Source: Candidatus Omnitrophota bacterium
GTDB taxonomy: Bacteria > Omnitrophota > Gorgyraeia > JABMRG01
Direction of reading: 5' to 3'
DNA: 60,297 nt
NCBI GenBank assembly: GCA_013202525.1
Contig: JABMQS010000002.1
Span: forward strand, 1-60,297
This document shows, one piece after another, positions 1-8,636 of the stretch. The notes under the pieces were generated by a model. It searched no databases. It was not told the DNA's origin and worked only from the letters and a program-made list of their open reading frames with translations. The translations under genes and the position numbers were made by a program. Each line of letters starts with the position of its first letter. Positions within the stretch are counted from its first letter, which is position 1.

Positions 1-2082
1 GAGATCGCTTCCTGCCTCCCGGACTATTACATGTGGACCCAGTGGATCTTCCTGAAGCTGTTTGAGAAAGGGCTTGCCTATAAGAAGAAGGCCGCTGTCA
101 ACTGGTGCCCTTCATGCAAGACGGTACTTGCAAACGAGCAGGTCGTGGACTCAGGATGCGAACGCTGCGATACAAAGGTGGTTGAAAAGGATCTGGAGCA
201 GTGGTTCTTTAAGATAACCGATTATGCCCAGAGGCTTCTGGATGATATCTCGCTGCTTGAGGGCTGGCCCTCTAAGGTCAAGATCATGCAGACCAACTGG
301 ATCGGCAGGAGCACGGGCGTTAATATAGATTTTCCCATCGACGGCAAAGATCAGAAACTCACCTGCTATACCACAAGGGTGGATACTATATTCGGCGCAA
401 CATATATGGTCCTTGCGCCCGAACATCCGATGATAAGAGAGCTTATAGAGAAAAGCCCTGAGAAGGAGAAGATATCTTCTTTCATAGAAAAGGCAAAGGC
501 ACAGGCAAAGGCCGACAGGGCGGCTGCGGAGGCTGAGAAGGAAGGCGTATTTACAGGCTGCTATGTCATAAACCCGGTCAACGAAAGAAAGATACCTCTG
601 TGGATCGCCAACTATGTTCTTATGGAGTACGGTACAGGCGCGGTCATGGCAGTGCCTGCGCATGATCAGAGGGATTTTGAATTTGCCAAAAAATACGATC
701 TGCCAATAGAGGTTGTTATTGATGACCCGAAGGAGCCCCTCGATGCATCAAAGATGGAGTGCGCCTATATCGAAGACGGGGTCATGGTAAATTCCGATCA
801 GTTTGACGGACTGGGCAACCGTGAAGCAATGGAGAAAATAGCAGACTGGATGGAGAAGGAACAGATCGGCAAGCGCGCTGTGCATTACAGGCTGCGCGAC
901 TGGCTCATCTCCCGCCAGAGATATTGGGGCGCGCCGATTCCGATTCTTTATTGTGAAAAGTGCGGCGTCGTTGCTGTACCTGAGAAGGACCTGCCGGTTC
1001 TTCTGCCTGAGGCAATAAAGTTTAAGCCATACGGCCAGTCTCCGTTGGCAGACTGCAAGGATTTTGTAAATACAAAGTGCCCTAAGTGCAAAGGCCCGGC
1101 CAGGCGCGAGATAGATACCATGGATACCTTTGTCGATTCCAGCTGGTATTATCTCCGTTACCTGTCGCCAAAGGATGAGAGAGAGGCCTTTGATCGTGAG
1201 CTGGTCAACAAGTGGCTTCCCGTAGACCAGTATATCGGCGGGGTGGAACATGCCATACTGCACCTTCTATATTCCAGGTTTATAACAAAGGTATTGAACG
1301 ATCTGGGATACATAGATTTTAAAGAGCCGTTCGGTTCCCTGTTTACCCAGGGCATGATAATAAAGAATGGCGCAAAGATGTCGAAGTCGAAAGGCAATGT
1401 GGTCTCGCCGGATGCGCTTATAGAAAGATACGGAGCAGATACAGTGAGGCTCTATACCCTCTTTATCGGTCCGCCGGAGAAGGATGCGGAGTGGAACGAC
1501 AGGGCAGTAGAGGGCTCCTATCGTTTTCTGGGAAGGCTATGGAGGCTGGTGGATAAAGTCAGTCATCAGCCATCAGGCACCAGTGCTCAGAACGCAGAAG
1601 AGAAGGCACTCGAGAGAAAGATCCACCAGACCATAAGAAAGGTGACCAGAGATATCGAGGGTGACTTTAAATTCAATACAGCAATAAGCGCGGTGATGGA
1701 GCTTGTCAACGCCGCATATAATGTAGTAGACAAGGGTGCCTCGTCCGTTGTCCGCGAGGCTGCTCAGACAGCGGTGCTTCTTTTGAGCCCGTTCGTTCCC
1801 CATATAACAGAGGAGCTCTGGGAGAAGCTGGGCAAGGAGCCGAGTATCTTTAACCAGCAATGGCCTGCCTATGATGAGGCAAAGGCCCAGGAGCAGGAGC
1901 TTATCTTTCCTGTCCAGATAAACGGAAAACTCCGCGCAAAGGTAGAGGCCCCGCTGGATATTTCTGAGGAGGATCTTAAGGAAAAGGTCCTTTCTGATGA
2001 AAAGGTCAAGGGTTGGATAAATGACAAGCCCATAAGAAAATTTATCGTTGTACCTAAAAAACTGATTAACATAGTAGTATAG
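1..2082 (+). CDS. leuS: Leucine--tRNA ligase, 5'-truncated at the window edge
   Basis: The reading frame is open from nt 1. It shows class I LeuRS features: a CPSC...CERC zinc motif, the editing-domain region, and the KMSKS loop (GAKMSKSKGN). The C-terminal anticodon-binding region is intact. Confidence 0.95.
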   Translation, partial: EIASCLPDYYMWTQWIFLKLFEKGLAYKKKAAVNWCPSCKTVLANEQVVDSGCERCDTKVVEKDLEQWFFKITDYAQRLLDDISLLEGWPSKVKIMQTNWIGRSTGVNIDFPIDGKDQKLTCYTTRVDTIFGATYMVLAPEHPMIRELIEKSPEKEKISSFIEKAKAQAKADRAAAEAEKEGVFTGCYVINPVNERKIPLWIANYVLMEYGTGAVMAVPAHDQRDFEFAKKYDLPIEVVIDDPKEPLDASKMECAYIEDGVMVNSDQFDGLGNREAMEKIADWMEKEQIGKRAVHYRLRDWLISRQRYWGAPIPILYCEKCGVVAVPEKDLPVLLPEAIKFKPYGQSPLADCKDFVNTKCPKCKGPARREIDTMDTFVDSSWYYLRYLSPKDEREAFDRELVNKWLPVDQYIGGVEHAILHLLYSRFITKVLNDLGYIDFKEPFGSLFTQGMIIKNGAKMSKSKGNVVSPDALIERYGADTVRLYTLFIGPPEKDAEWNDRAVEGSYRFLGRLWRLVDKVSHQPSGTSAQNAEEKALERKIHQTIRKVTRDIEGDFKFNTAISAVMELVNAAYNVVDKGASSVVREAAQTAVLLLSPFVPHITEELWEKLGKEPSIFNQQWPAYDEAKAQEQELIFPVQINGKLRAKVEAPLDISEEDLKEKVLSDEKVKGWINDKPIRKFIVVPKKLINIVV

Positions 2083-2095
2083 AGAGGAGACTCGC

Positions 2096-4645
2096 ATGGC
2101 AAAGAAAAAGTCAAAGAAGAACGTAGCAAAGAAGGCAAGGCCCAAGGCCAAGCCCAAGAAGAAGACCGCGCCGCTCAGGAAACCACAGGCAAAAAAGGCA
2201 AAGGTCAAAAAGCCAAAGGCCAAACCCGGGAAGGCCCCTGCCCCTGCCAGGCGTAAGAAGGAGAAGGTAACGCCCATGGCGCGCCTGCTTCTTCCTCTCG
2301 GAAAGGTCAAGGAGGTATTTCGCACAAGATACGGATTCTTCTTATACGACGGTTCAGAGTTTGTAATAAATACCCCCGAGACCCCTGCCCCGTGGTGCAA
2401 TATTATTACCAATGGTGACTATGGCATGATCGTATCGCAGGCAGGAAGCGGTATGAGCTTTAAAGGCGGCATGCGCAACCGGATAACCCGGTGGCATCAG
2501 GACATGAGAGGTGACAGCCTGGGAAAATTTGTATATATAAGGGATAACCAGACCCAGGATTTCTGGTCCGCCACGTGGAAGCCTGTATGCAAGCAGCCGG
2601 AGTTCTATGAGGTGAGGCAGGGCGTGGGCTATACTAATATAAGCTCAAGGAACAACGGTATCATATCAAGTCTTATCTATTATGTCGCCGCTGACGAACC
2701 AGTCGAGATCTGGCAGATGCGTATAAGGAATGTTACCGATGAGGAGAGGTTCTTGAGTGTATTCAGTTATCTCGAGTGGGAATTCGGCAAACCCTCGGGA
2801 AACAGGGAGTATGACAGGTTCTTCGTGGACACGTCCTTTAATCAGGATCTCTCAGCGGCCTTTGCAAAGACACCGAGCTCAGAATATGCGTTTCACTCTG
2901 TAAACCATAAGGTATCTACATTTACCTGCGGCAGGGAGTTCTTTATCGGCGCATACCGCGATGCCTCAAACCCGCGCTGCGTTGAAAAAGGGATGTGTTT
3001 CGGAGAGAAGGGTAGGTATTATGACCCTGCAGCAGCCCTGCAGATTGAGATAGAATTGCCGCCACACGGCGAGAAGGAACTTTTGTTTACGGTCGGTGCC
3101 TGCGGCGAGCTCAAGGATGCGGAGAGGATAATTAAGAAGTATAAGAACGCCAAGGTCGTGGAGGAGGAGTTTTCAAGGGCAGGACACCGCTGGACCATGC
3201 GTTTTAATGGATATAATATAATGACACCCGATGAGGGCGCAAATATATTGAGCAACAAATGGTTCAGATACCAGGCGATATCCGCAGGGCTATCAAGCCA
3301 CGGTTCTTATAACAGCCCTGATAACAAAGTGAGTTTTGATAAATATATGATAAACGGTCTCACATTCTTATCGATCAACCCAAAGCGCCACCGCGAATTG
3401 CTTTTGAATTGCGCGGAGAAGCAGTTTGAGGATGGGTCGGTCATAGACGGATGGGACCCCAAGACGCAGGAGGGCCAGAGGTCGGAATCGGTCACAGCCC
3501 CATTGTGGCTTGCGTACTCGGTATGTGAATACCTTAAGGAGACAAAGGACCTTTCTGTCCTGGATGAGGATGTGCGATTTCAGGATGTGCCAAAAGGGGA
3601 TCTCTTTTTGCATTGCACAAAGGCAATAGACAGGGCGTTTGAGTCGATCGGCAAGAAGGGCCTTCCGTCTATATCCGGTACCGATTATATGAGAAGCCTG
3701 GACGGACCTTTCAGGCAGGAGAAGGGAGAGTCTATTTGGCTCGGCCAGTTCCTGGTCTATGTTCTTTCGGAGTTTCTCGCTGTATGCCGGCTGAAGAATG
3801 CCAGCAATATAGCCGCAGACTATGAGGCCAAACTAAAGAAACTCAAGGAGAAGTTGACGAAGATATGCTGGAATGAGGATAGGTTTATAAGGGCGATATC
3901 TCAAAATGGCAGGTCCATAGGTATTGCAAATGGCAAGAACGCACGCCTGTTTCTGGATACGCAGGTCTGGGCTATACTCTCAGGCCTTTGCGAAGGCGAT
4001 GAGGCGCGCGCGCTTATGGACAATGTAAAATCACAGCTATACCAGGCCCACGGTCCTGCTGCGCTTTCGCCTTCCTATACAGAACTCGACGAAGAGGCCG
4101 GTACCATAAGCAAACTGCCGCCCGGAGTAATGGAGAATGGCGGTATAAGCCTTGAAACAGCCTATTGGGCCATATGGGCAGAGGCCAAGCTCGGCCGTGC
4201 AAACAATGCCTGGTCCATGTTTACCAGGCTAAACCCTGTCGATAGGTCCCACAAGTCCGATATATATGGACTGGAGCCTTATGTCTCCTGCGAATATGTG
4301 GATGGGGCAGATTCTCCTACAGATGGCAGCGCCAGAAACTCCTGGTATAACTGCGCCGGCTACTGGATGTTCAAGGTGATGACAGAAGAGATACTCGGCA
4401 TAAAACCCACCCTGGACGGTCTGCTCATATCCCCCTGTATCCCAAATCGATGGAGACTCTTTAAGGTGAGAAGGACCTTCCGCAATGCCTACTATACTAT
4501 TGAGGTCGTGAACCCGCGGTATGTTTCTACCGGGGTTGCTGAGATCACAGTAGACGGCAAAAAGCTGAAGTCAAATATCGTCCCTGCCTTCAGCGATGAT
4601 AAACGTCACCACGTCAAGGTAATAATGGGAAAACCAAAGTCATAA
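2096..4645 (+). CDS. GH94-like glycoside phosphorylase (cellobiose/chitobiose phosphorylase family) with a 60-aa Lys/Ala/Pro-rich N-terminal tail
   Basis: After the tail, RYGFFLYDGSEFVINTPETPAPWCNIITNG resembles the N-terminus of GH94 phosphorylases, and the ~790-aa core has the expected size. A GAGGAG Shine-Dalgarno lies 6 nt upstream of ATG 2096. An alternative in-frame start exists at 2276. Confidence 0.6.
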   Translation: MAKKKSKKNVAKKARPKAKPKKKTAPLRKPQAKKAKVKKPKAKPGKAPAPARRKKEKVTPMARLLLPLGKVKEVFRTRYGFFLYDGSEFVINTPETPAPWCNIITNGDYGMIVSQAGSGMSFKGGMRNRITRWHQDMRGDSLGKFVYIRDNQTQDFWSATWKPVCKQPEFYEVRQGVGYTNISSRNNGIISSLIYYVAADEPVEIWQMRIRNVTDEERFLSVFSYLEWEFGKPSGNREYDRFFVDTSFNQDLSAAFAKTPSSEYAFHSVNHKVSTFTCGREFFIGAYRDASNPRCVEKGMCFGEKGRYYDPAAALQIEIELPPHGEKELLFTVGACGELKDAERIIKKYKNAKVVEEEFSRAGHRWTMRFNGYNIMTPDEGANILSNKWFRYQAISAGLSSHGSYNSPDNKVSFDKYMINGLTFLSINPKRHRELLLNCAEKQFEDGSVIDGWDPKTQEGQRSESVTAPLWLAYSVCEYLKETKDLSVLDEDVRFQDVPKGDLFLHCTKAIDRAFESIGKKGLPSISGTDYMRSLDGPFRQEKGESIWLGQFLVYVLSEFLAVCRLKNASNIAADYEAKLKKLKEKLTKICWNEDRFIRAISQNGRSIGIANGKNARLFLDTQVWAILSGLCEGDEARALMDNVKSQLYQAHGPAALSPSYTELDEEAGTISKLPPGVMENGGISLETAYWAIWAEAKLGRANNAWSMFTRLNPVDRSHKSDIYGLEPYVSCEYVDGADSPTDGSARNSWYNCAGYWMFKVMTEEILGIKPTLDGLLISPCIPNRWRLFKVRRTFRNAYYTIEVVNPRYVSTGVAEITVDGKKLKSNIVPAFSDDKRHHVKVIMGKPKS

Positions 4646-4658
4646 GTTTCGTTTACTA

Positions 4659-5384
4659 ATGACATACCAGCCCCGCACCTACAGGAGATATGTAAGATCA
4701 AAGGACCTGGTCTCTTTCAGGGTTACCCTGATAGAGACCGATCTGTTCATTTCTGCTGATAAGGACCTGAAGAAAGAGGCCCTCTCCTGCATTGAAAAGC
4801 TCAGGGTGGTCTTACATGCTTATATCAAGAATCATCCCGGTTTTGAGAAGAGCCTTAAGCCTGTTATATTAAAACCAAAAGCATCCCTTATCATAAAGGA
4901 TATGGCACGCTCGGGAAAGGCCTGTGGTGTCGGGCCCATGGCAGCAGTAGCGGGCGCGGTTGCCGAAGGAGTTGGCAGGCAGCTTCTGAAACACTGTTCG
5001 CAGGTTATCGTTGAGAACGGCGGTGATATATTTATCTCGTCAAAGAAGCCGCGCATTGTCGGTATATATGCGGGCAGTTCTAAATTCAGCAAAAAGATAG
5101 CCATTGAGATATCAGCAGAGGATACGCCCTGCGGCATATGTACCTCAAGCGGCACGGTCGGGCACAGCCTCAGTTTTGGCAAGGCCGATTGCGTTGTTGT
5201 TCTATCGAAATCCACTTCCCTGGCTGATGCAGCCGCAACCTCTATATGCAATAAGGTCAAGACAGGCAAAGATGTTGACAAGGCGATCAGGTACGGGAGG
5301 GGCATAAAGGGCATAAACGGTATCCTGATAGCTGTCGATGATACCCTCGGCGCCTGGGGAAATATAAAATTAGTTGATATATAA
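4659..5384 (+). CDS. UPF0280 / ApbE-like family protein
   Basis: GPMAAVAGAVAE and VENGGDIF motifs and a ~240-aa size are typical of the UPF0280 (ApbE-superfamily) proteins of anaerobes. These are usually adjacent to a NIL-ferredoxin, as here. Confidence 0.6.
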   Translation: MTYQPRTYRRYVRSKDLVSFRVTLIETDLFISADKDLKKEALSCIEKLRVVLHAYIKNHPGFEKSLKPVILKPKASLIIKDMARSGKACGVGPMAAVAGAVAEGVGRQLLKHCSQVIVENGGDIFISSKKPRIVGIYAGSSKFSKKIAIEISAEDTPCGICTSSGTVGHSLSFGKADCVVVLSKSTSLADAAATSICNKVKTGKDVDKAIRYGRGIKGINGILIAVDDTLGAWGNIKLVDI

Positions 5385-5408
5385 TATAGTGCGAGGTATA
5401 ATAAGGCC

Positions 5409-5816
5409 ATGAAGAAAAAGAGGATCGTATTACATTTTCCGTACAAGCTTATAGATAAGCCGATAGCCTATCATCTGGTCAAGGAGTATGACCTTGTCTT
5501 CAATATACTGCAGGCAAAGATCATGCCCAACGAAGAAGGGGTTATGGTTCTTGAGCTGAGCGGCAAGGATAAGCAGTATGCCCAGGGCATAAAGTTTCTC
5601 CAGGATCAGGGCATCAAGGTCCAGACCCTAAGCCGTGATGTCAAGAGAAACGAAAAGCGCTGCACCCATTGCGGTGCCTGTGTAACCATCTGCCCTACGG
5701 ATGCGCTGTATGTCGACAGGAAGACCATGGAAGTGATATTTGATATTGATAAATGCATCGCCTGTGAACTGTGTGTTCCTGCCTGCCCTCCGCGCGCTAT
5801 GGAAGTGAAGTTGTAA
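5409..5816 (+). CDS. NIL-domain protein fused to a 2x[4Fe-4S] ferredoxin
   Basis: The N-terminal ~75 aa look like a NIL domain (LVKEYDLVFNILQAKI...LELSG). The C-terminus has CxxCxxCxxxCP twice (CTHCGACVTICP, CIACELCVPACP). Confidence 0.75.
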   Translation: MKKKRIVLHFPYKLIDKPIAYHLVKEYDLVFNILQAKIMPNEEGVMVLELSGKDKQYAQGIKFLQDQGIKVQTLSRDVKRNEKRCTHCGACVTICPTDALYVDRKTMEVIFDIDKCIACELCVPACPPRAMEVKL

Positions 5817-5817
5817 T

Positions 5818-6528
5818 ATGCCGAAGAAAAAATCAAAGACCCTCCCATATAAGAAGCATATAGAGACCTTATCCAAGGTAAGTGAAGCGGTAACCTCATC
5901 GCTCTATCTTGAGGATATACTCAAGCTTATAGTGACGCTCACCGCAGAGGTCATGCATTCAAAGATATGCTCCCTGATGCTCATCGACGAAAAGAAGGGC
6001 ACCCTCGATGTCAAGGCAACGCAGTCTATGAGTGAGGCATATAACAAAAAGCCAAGCCTGAAGATGGGTGAGGGTATTGCCGGCAAGGTTGTTATGACCG
6101 GTAAGCATATCATCGTCAGGGATGTAAAAAAAGACCCGCAGTACAGGAATCTTAGCATTGCGAAGAAAGAGAAGCTCTGCTCGCTCTTGTGTATTCCGCT
6201 AAGGGTGAAGGACAAGGTCATAGGGGCGCTAAACCTTTACACATCAAGGCCGCACAAGTTTACCAAATCCGAGATAAGTCTCCTTGCTGCCGTGGCAAAT
6301 CAGGCAGCTATCGTTATAGAGAATGCGCACCTCATGGTGCGGACGAAGGTCATCCAGGAGGAGCTGGCGTCACGTAAACTCACAGAACGCGCCAAGGGCA
6401 TCCTGATGAAGACGCATGGATTGAGCGAAGACATGGCCTTTCGCAGGATACAGAAACTGGCCATGGATACCAGGCGCACGATGAGAGAGATAGCCGAAGC
6501 CATAATCTTAGCCCAAAATGTCGGGTAG
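5818..6528 (+). CDS. GAF-domain / ANTAR-domain RNA-binding antitermination regulator
   Basis: There is an N-terminal GAF-like fold (GEGIAGKVVMTGKHIIVRDV...LCIPL). The C-terminal ANTAR signature is ELASRKLTERAKGILMKTHGLSEDMAFRRIQKLAMDTRRTMREIAEAI. Confidence 0.8.
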   Translation: MPKKKSKTLPYKKHIETLSKVSEAVTSSLYLEDILKLIVTLTAEVMHSKICSLMLIDEKKGTLDVKATQSMSEAYNKKPSLKMGEGIAGKVVMTGKHIIVRDVKKDPQYRNLSIAKKEKLCSLLCIPLRVKDKVIGALNLYTSRPHKFTKSEISLLAAVANQAAIVIENAHLMVRTKVIQEELASRKLTERAKGILMKTHGLSEDMAFRRIQKLAMDTRRTMREIAEAIILAQNVG

Positions 6529-6533
6529 GAAAT

Positions 6534-6644
6534 AGAGACGTTTACCAAACCAAGCACGAACCTGCCTGTCCTCCGAAGCCCGACCGTATATTCTGCGCAA
6601 AAAGGGCGTAGGGGGATCCCAGATTTGTTCGGGAACCTGTCCCC
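6534..6644. repeat. Repeat family A, long form (copy A1)
   Basis: The sequence AGAGACGTTTACCAA...CCAAGCACGAACCTGCCTGTCCTCCG...GGGGGATCCCAGATTTGTTCGGGAACCTGTCCCC aligns along its length with 38584-38726. It is the reverse complement of the short forms at 30158-30243 and 35344-35401. Confidence 0.85.
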
Positions 6645-6662
6645 ACCAATCCAATTTAAATT

Positions 6663-8513
6663 ATGAAGAGATACGATGTGGTTGTTATAGGTGCCGGCCA
6701 CGCGGGCTGTGAAGCAGCCCTGGCATCTGCGCGTATGGGCGCTAAGACGCTCCTTATTACTATGCGCATAGACACGATAGGCCACATGTCCTGCAACCCG
6801 TCTATCGGCGGGGTAGGAAAGGGCCAGCTCGTAAAGGAGATAGATGCCCTCGGCGGCGAGATGGCAAAGGCGGCAGACGCAACCGGCATACACTTCAGGG
6901 TGTTGAACAAGGGCCGGGGGCCTGCGGTATGGTCATCACGCGCCCAGGCGGACAGGCATAGATATTCTGAATATATGCGTTCCTGCGTCATCTCACAAAA
7001 GAACCTGGATCTCCTGGAGGATGAGGTCGTAGATATAGTAGTCAAAGGCGGCAAGGCAGACGCGGTAAAGACAAAGAACTCAGGCCTTATCTGCGCCGGT
7101 GCCTTTGTAGTTACGCCGGGTACATTTCTTAACGGGCTTATACATATAGGCCTTGAGCACACGCCGGGCGGAAGATTCGGAGAGCCGGCATCGATAGGCT
7201 TGAGCAAGTCTTTAAAGGCCTTAGGGTTTGAGATAGCAACGCTGAAGACAGGCACAACACCGCGCCTCAAGAAAGAGACGATAGATTTTAGCAAGTTGAA
7301 GCCCCAGCCCGGGGATGAGAAGCCGCTGCCTTTTTCATTTTCAACCAAAAAGAAACTTGAGAACAAACTGCTCTGCTATATTACCCACACCAACCCTGCT
7401 ACGCATTCTATTATCCGTGATAATCTGGACCGCTCGCCATTATACACCGGCATCATCACCTCGACAGGCGTGAGGTATTGCCCGTCCATAGAGGATAAGA
7501 TAGTGAAGTTTTCCGGCAGAGACAGGCACCAGATATTTCTTGAGCCGGAGGGCCTTGATACAGAGTGGTATTATCCGAACGGGCTTTCCACAAGCCTGCC
7601 GATAGATGTACAGGAGAAGATAGTCCATTCCATCGAGGGCCTTGAGAATGCCCAGATCCTCAGGCCCGGTTATGGTATCGAATATGAGTTTATTCAGCCC
7701 AGAGAACTTTTACCGACATTGGAGACAAAAAGAATAGGCCGGCTCTATCTTGCAGGTCAGATCAATGGCACCACAGGATATGAAGAGGCTGCTGCGCAGG
7801 GCCTTATAGCAGGTGTCAATGCCGCGCTAAAGATAAAGGGGAATGAGCCCTTGATCCTCGACAGGTCGATGGGCTATATAGGCGTCCTTATTGATGACCT
7901 GATAACAAAGGGGACCGATGAGCCTTATCGGATGTTTACATCGAGGGTCGAGTACCGCCTGATGCTGCGTGAGGACAATGCAGACCTGCGGTTAAGGAGC
8001 CATGGCCACAGGATAGGGCTCATAGACAAGAAACAGCTTCAGGAGACACAGGAGAAGAAGAGAAGGATAGACGAGGCCATAAAGGAATTGGATACTGTGA
8101 AGGTCAAGCCCGGCAAGGATATAAACCAGGAATTGGAGAAGTTGGGCACCTCCGCCTTGAAGGGGGTGGCTACTGCATCCGAACTTTTGCGCAGGCCCCA
8201 GGTAAGATATGCCGACCTATGTCGGTTGAGGATCATTACCGATTCCCTGCCGGTTGAATACGGTGAGGCGGTCCAGCTGTTGGTAAAGTACGAGGGTTTT
8301 ATAAAGAGGCAGATCGCCGATGTCAGAAGGATGCAGGATGTAGATAAGATAAGGGTCCCCAAGGCCCTGGATTTTTCCACTATCTCAGGCCTGTCAAAGG
8401 AGATAGTCGAGAAACTCGATAAGGTAAGACCGCTCTCCCTGGGCCAGGCCTCAAGGATCTCCGGTGTTACTCCCGCCGCCATCATGATCCTCATGGTCTA
8501 CCTCAAGAAATAG
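6663..8513 (+). CDS. mnmG: tRNA uridine 5-carboxymethylaminomethyl modification enzyme MnmG (GidA)
   Basis: An FAD-binding N-terminus ([23 protein letters not shown]), the SCNPSIGG motif and full-length collinearity with MnmG support the call. Confidence 0.95.
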   Translation: MKRYDVVVIGAGHAGCEAALASARMGAKTLLITMRIDTIGHMSCNPSIGGVGKGQLVKEIDALGGEMAKAADATGIHFRVLNKGRGPAVWSSRAQADRHRYSEYMRSCVISQKNLDLLEDEVVDIVVKGGKADAVKTKNSGLICAGAFVVTPGTFLNGLIHIGLEHTPGGRFGEPASIGLSKSLKALGFEIATLKTGTTPRLKKETIDFSKLKPQPGDEKPLPFSFSTKKKLENKLLCYITHTNPATHSIIRDNLDRSPLYTGIITSTGVRYCPSIEDKIVKFSGRDRHQIFLEPEGLDTEWYYPNGLSTSLPIDVQEKIVHSIEGLENAQILRPGYGIEYEFIQPRELLPTLETKRIGRLYLAGQINGTTGYEEAAAQGLIAGVNAALKIKGNEPLILDRSMGYIGVLIDDLITKGTDEPYRMFTSRVEYRLMLREDNADLRLRSHGHRIGLIDKKQLQETQEKKRRIDEAIKELDTVKVKPGKDINQELEKLGTSALKGVATASELLRRPQVRYADLCRLRIITDSLPVEYGEAVQLLVKYEGFIKRQIADVRRMQDVDKIRVPKALDFSTISGLSKEIVEKLDKVRPLSLGQASRISGVTPAAIMILMVYLKK

Positions 8514-8553
8514 TGTACCGTTTGCGATTCCCTGCCTGCCGGCAGGCGTGCGC
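8511..8553. repeat. Repeat family B (copy B1): a stop-codon-containing GC-rich palindromic element
   Basis: TAGTGTACCGTTTGCGATTCCCTGCCTGCCGGCAGGC is identical over 37 nt to 35250-35286. It contains the palindrome GCCTGCCGGCAGGC and begins with the mnmG stop codon. Confidence 0.85.
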
Positions 8554-8599
8554 AACCCGGTCCCAAAATCGTTCTTAAAGGTGCCCCCCCTCATTGCGC

Positions 8600-8628
8600 T
8601 TGACAGCAACAGTCCTTACTTATATAAT
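8600..8628 (+). promoter_or_regulatory. Consensus sigma-70-type promoter (TTGACA-17 nt-TATAAT) driving a leaderless or near-leaderless mRNA
   Basis: TTGACA is at 8600-8605 and TATAAT at 8623-8628 with a 17-nt spacer. The ATG of the next gene is at 8637, only 9 nt after the -10 box, and there is no Shine-Dalgarno. Confidence 0.6.
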
Positions 8629-8636
8629 ATAATGCT

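Noticed and set aside
6656-7366. A 236-aa minus-strand ORF. Similar long antisense ORFs occur at 1573-2412, 18102-18668, 22623-23471, 24016-24894, 25500-26042 and 43943-44506.
   Set aside because: Each lies entirely antisense to a strongly supported conserved gene (mnmG, leuS/GH94, the kinase, queC/queE, the fumarase, rph, the radical SAM). Their translations are low-complexity and lack motifs. They are shadow ORFs.
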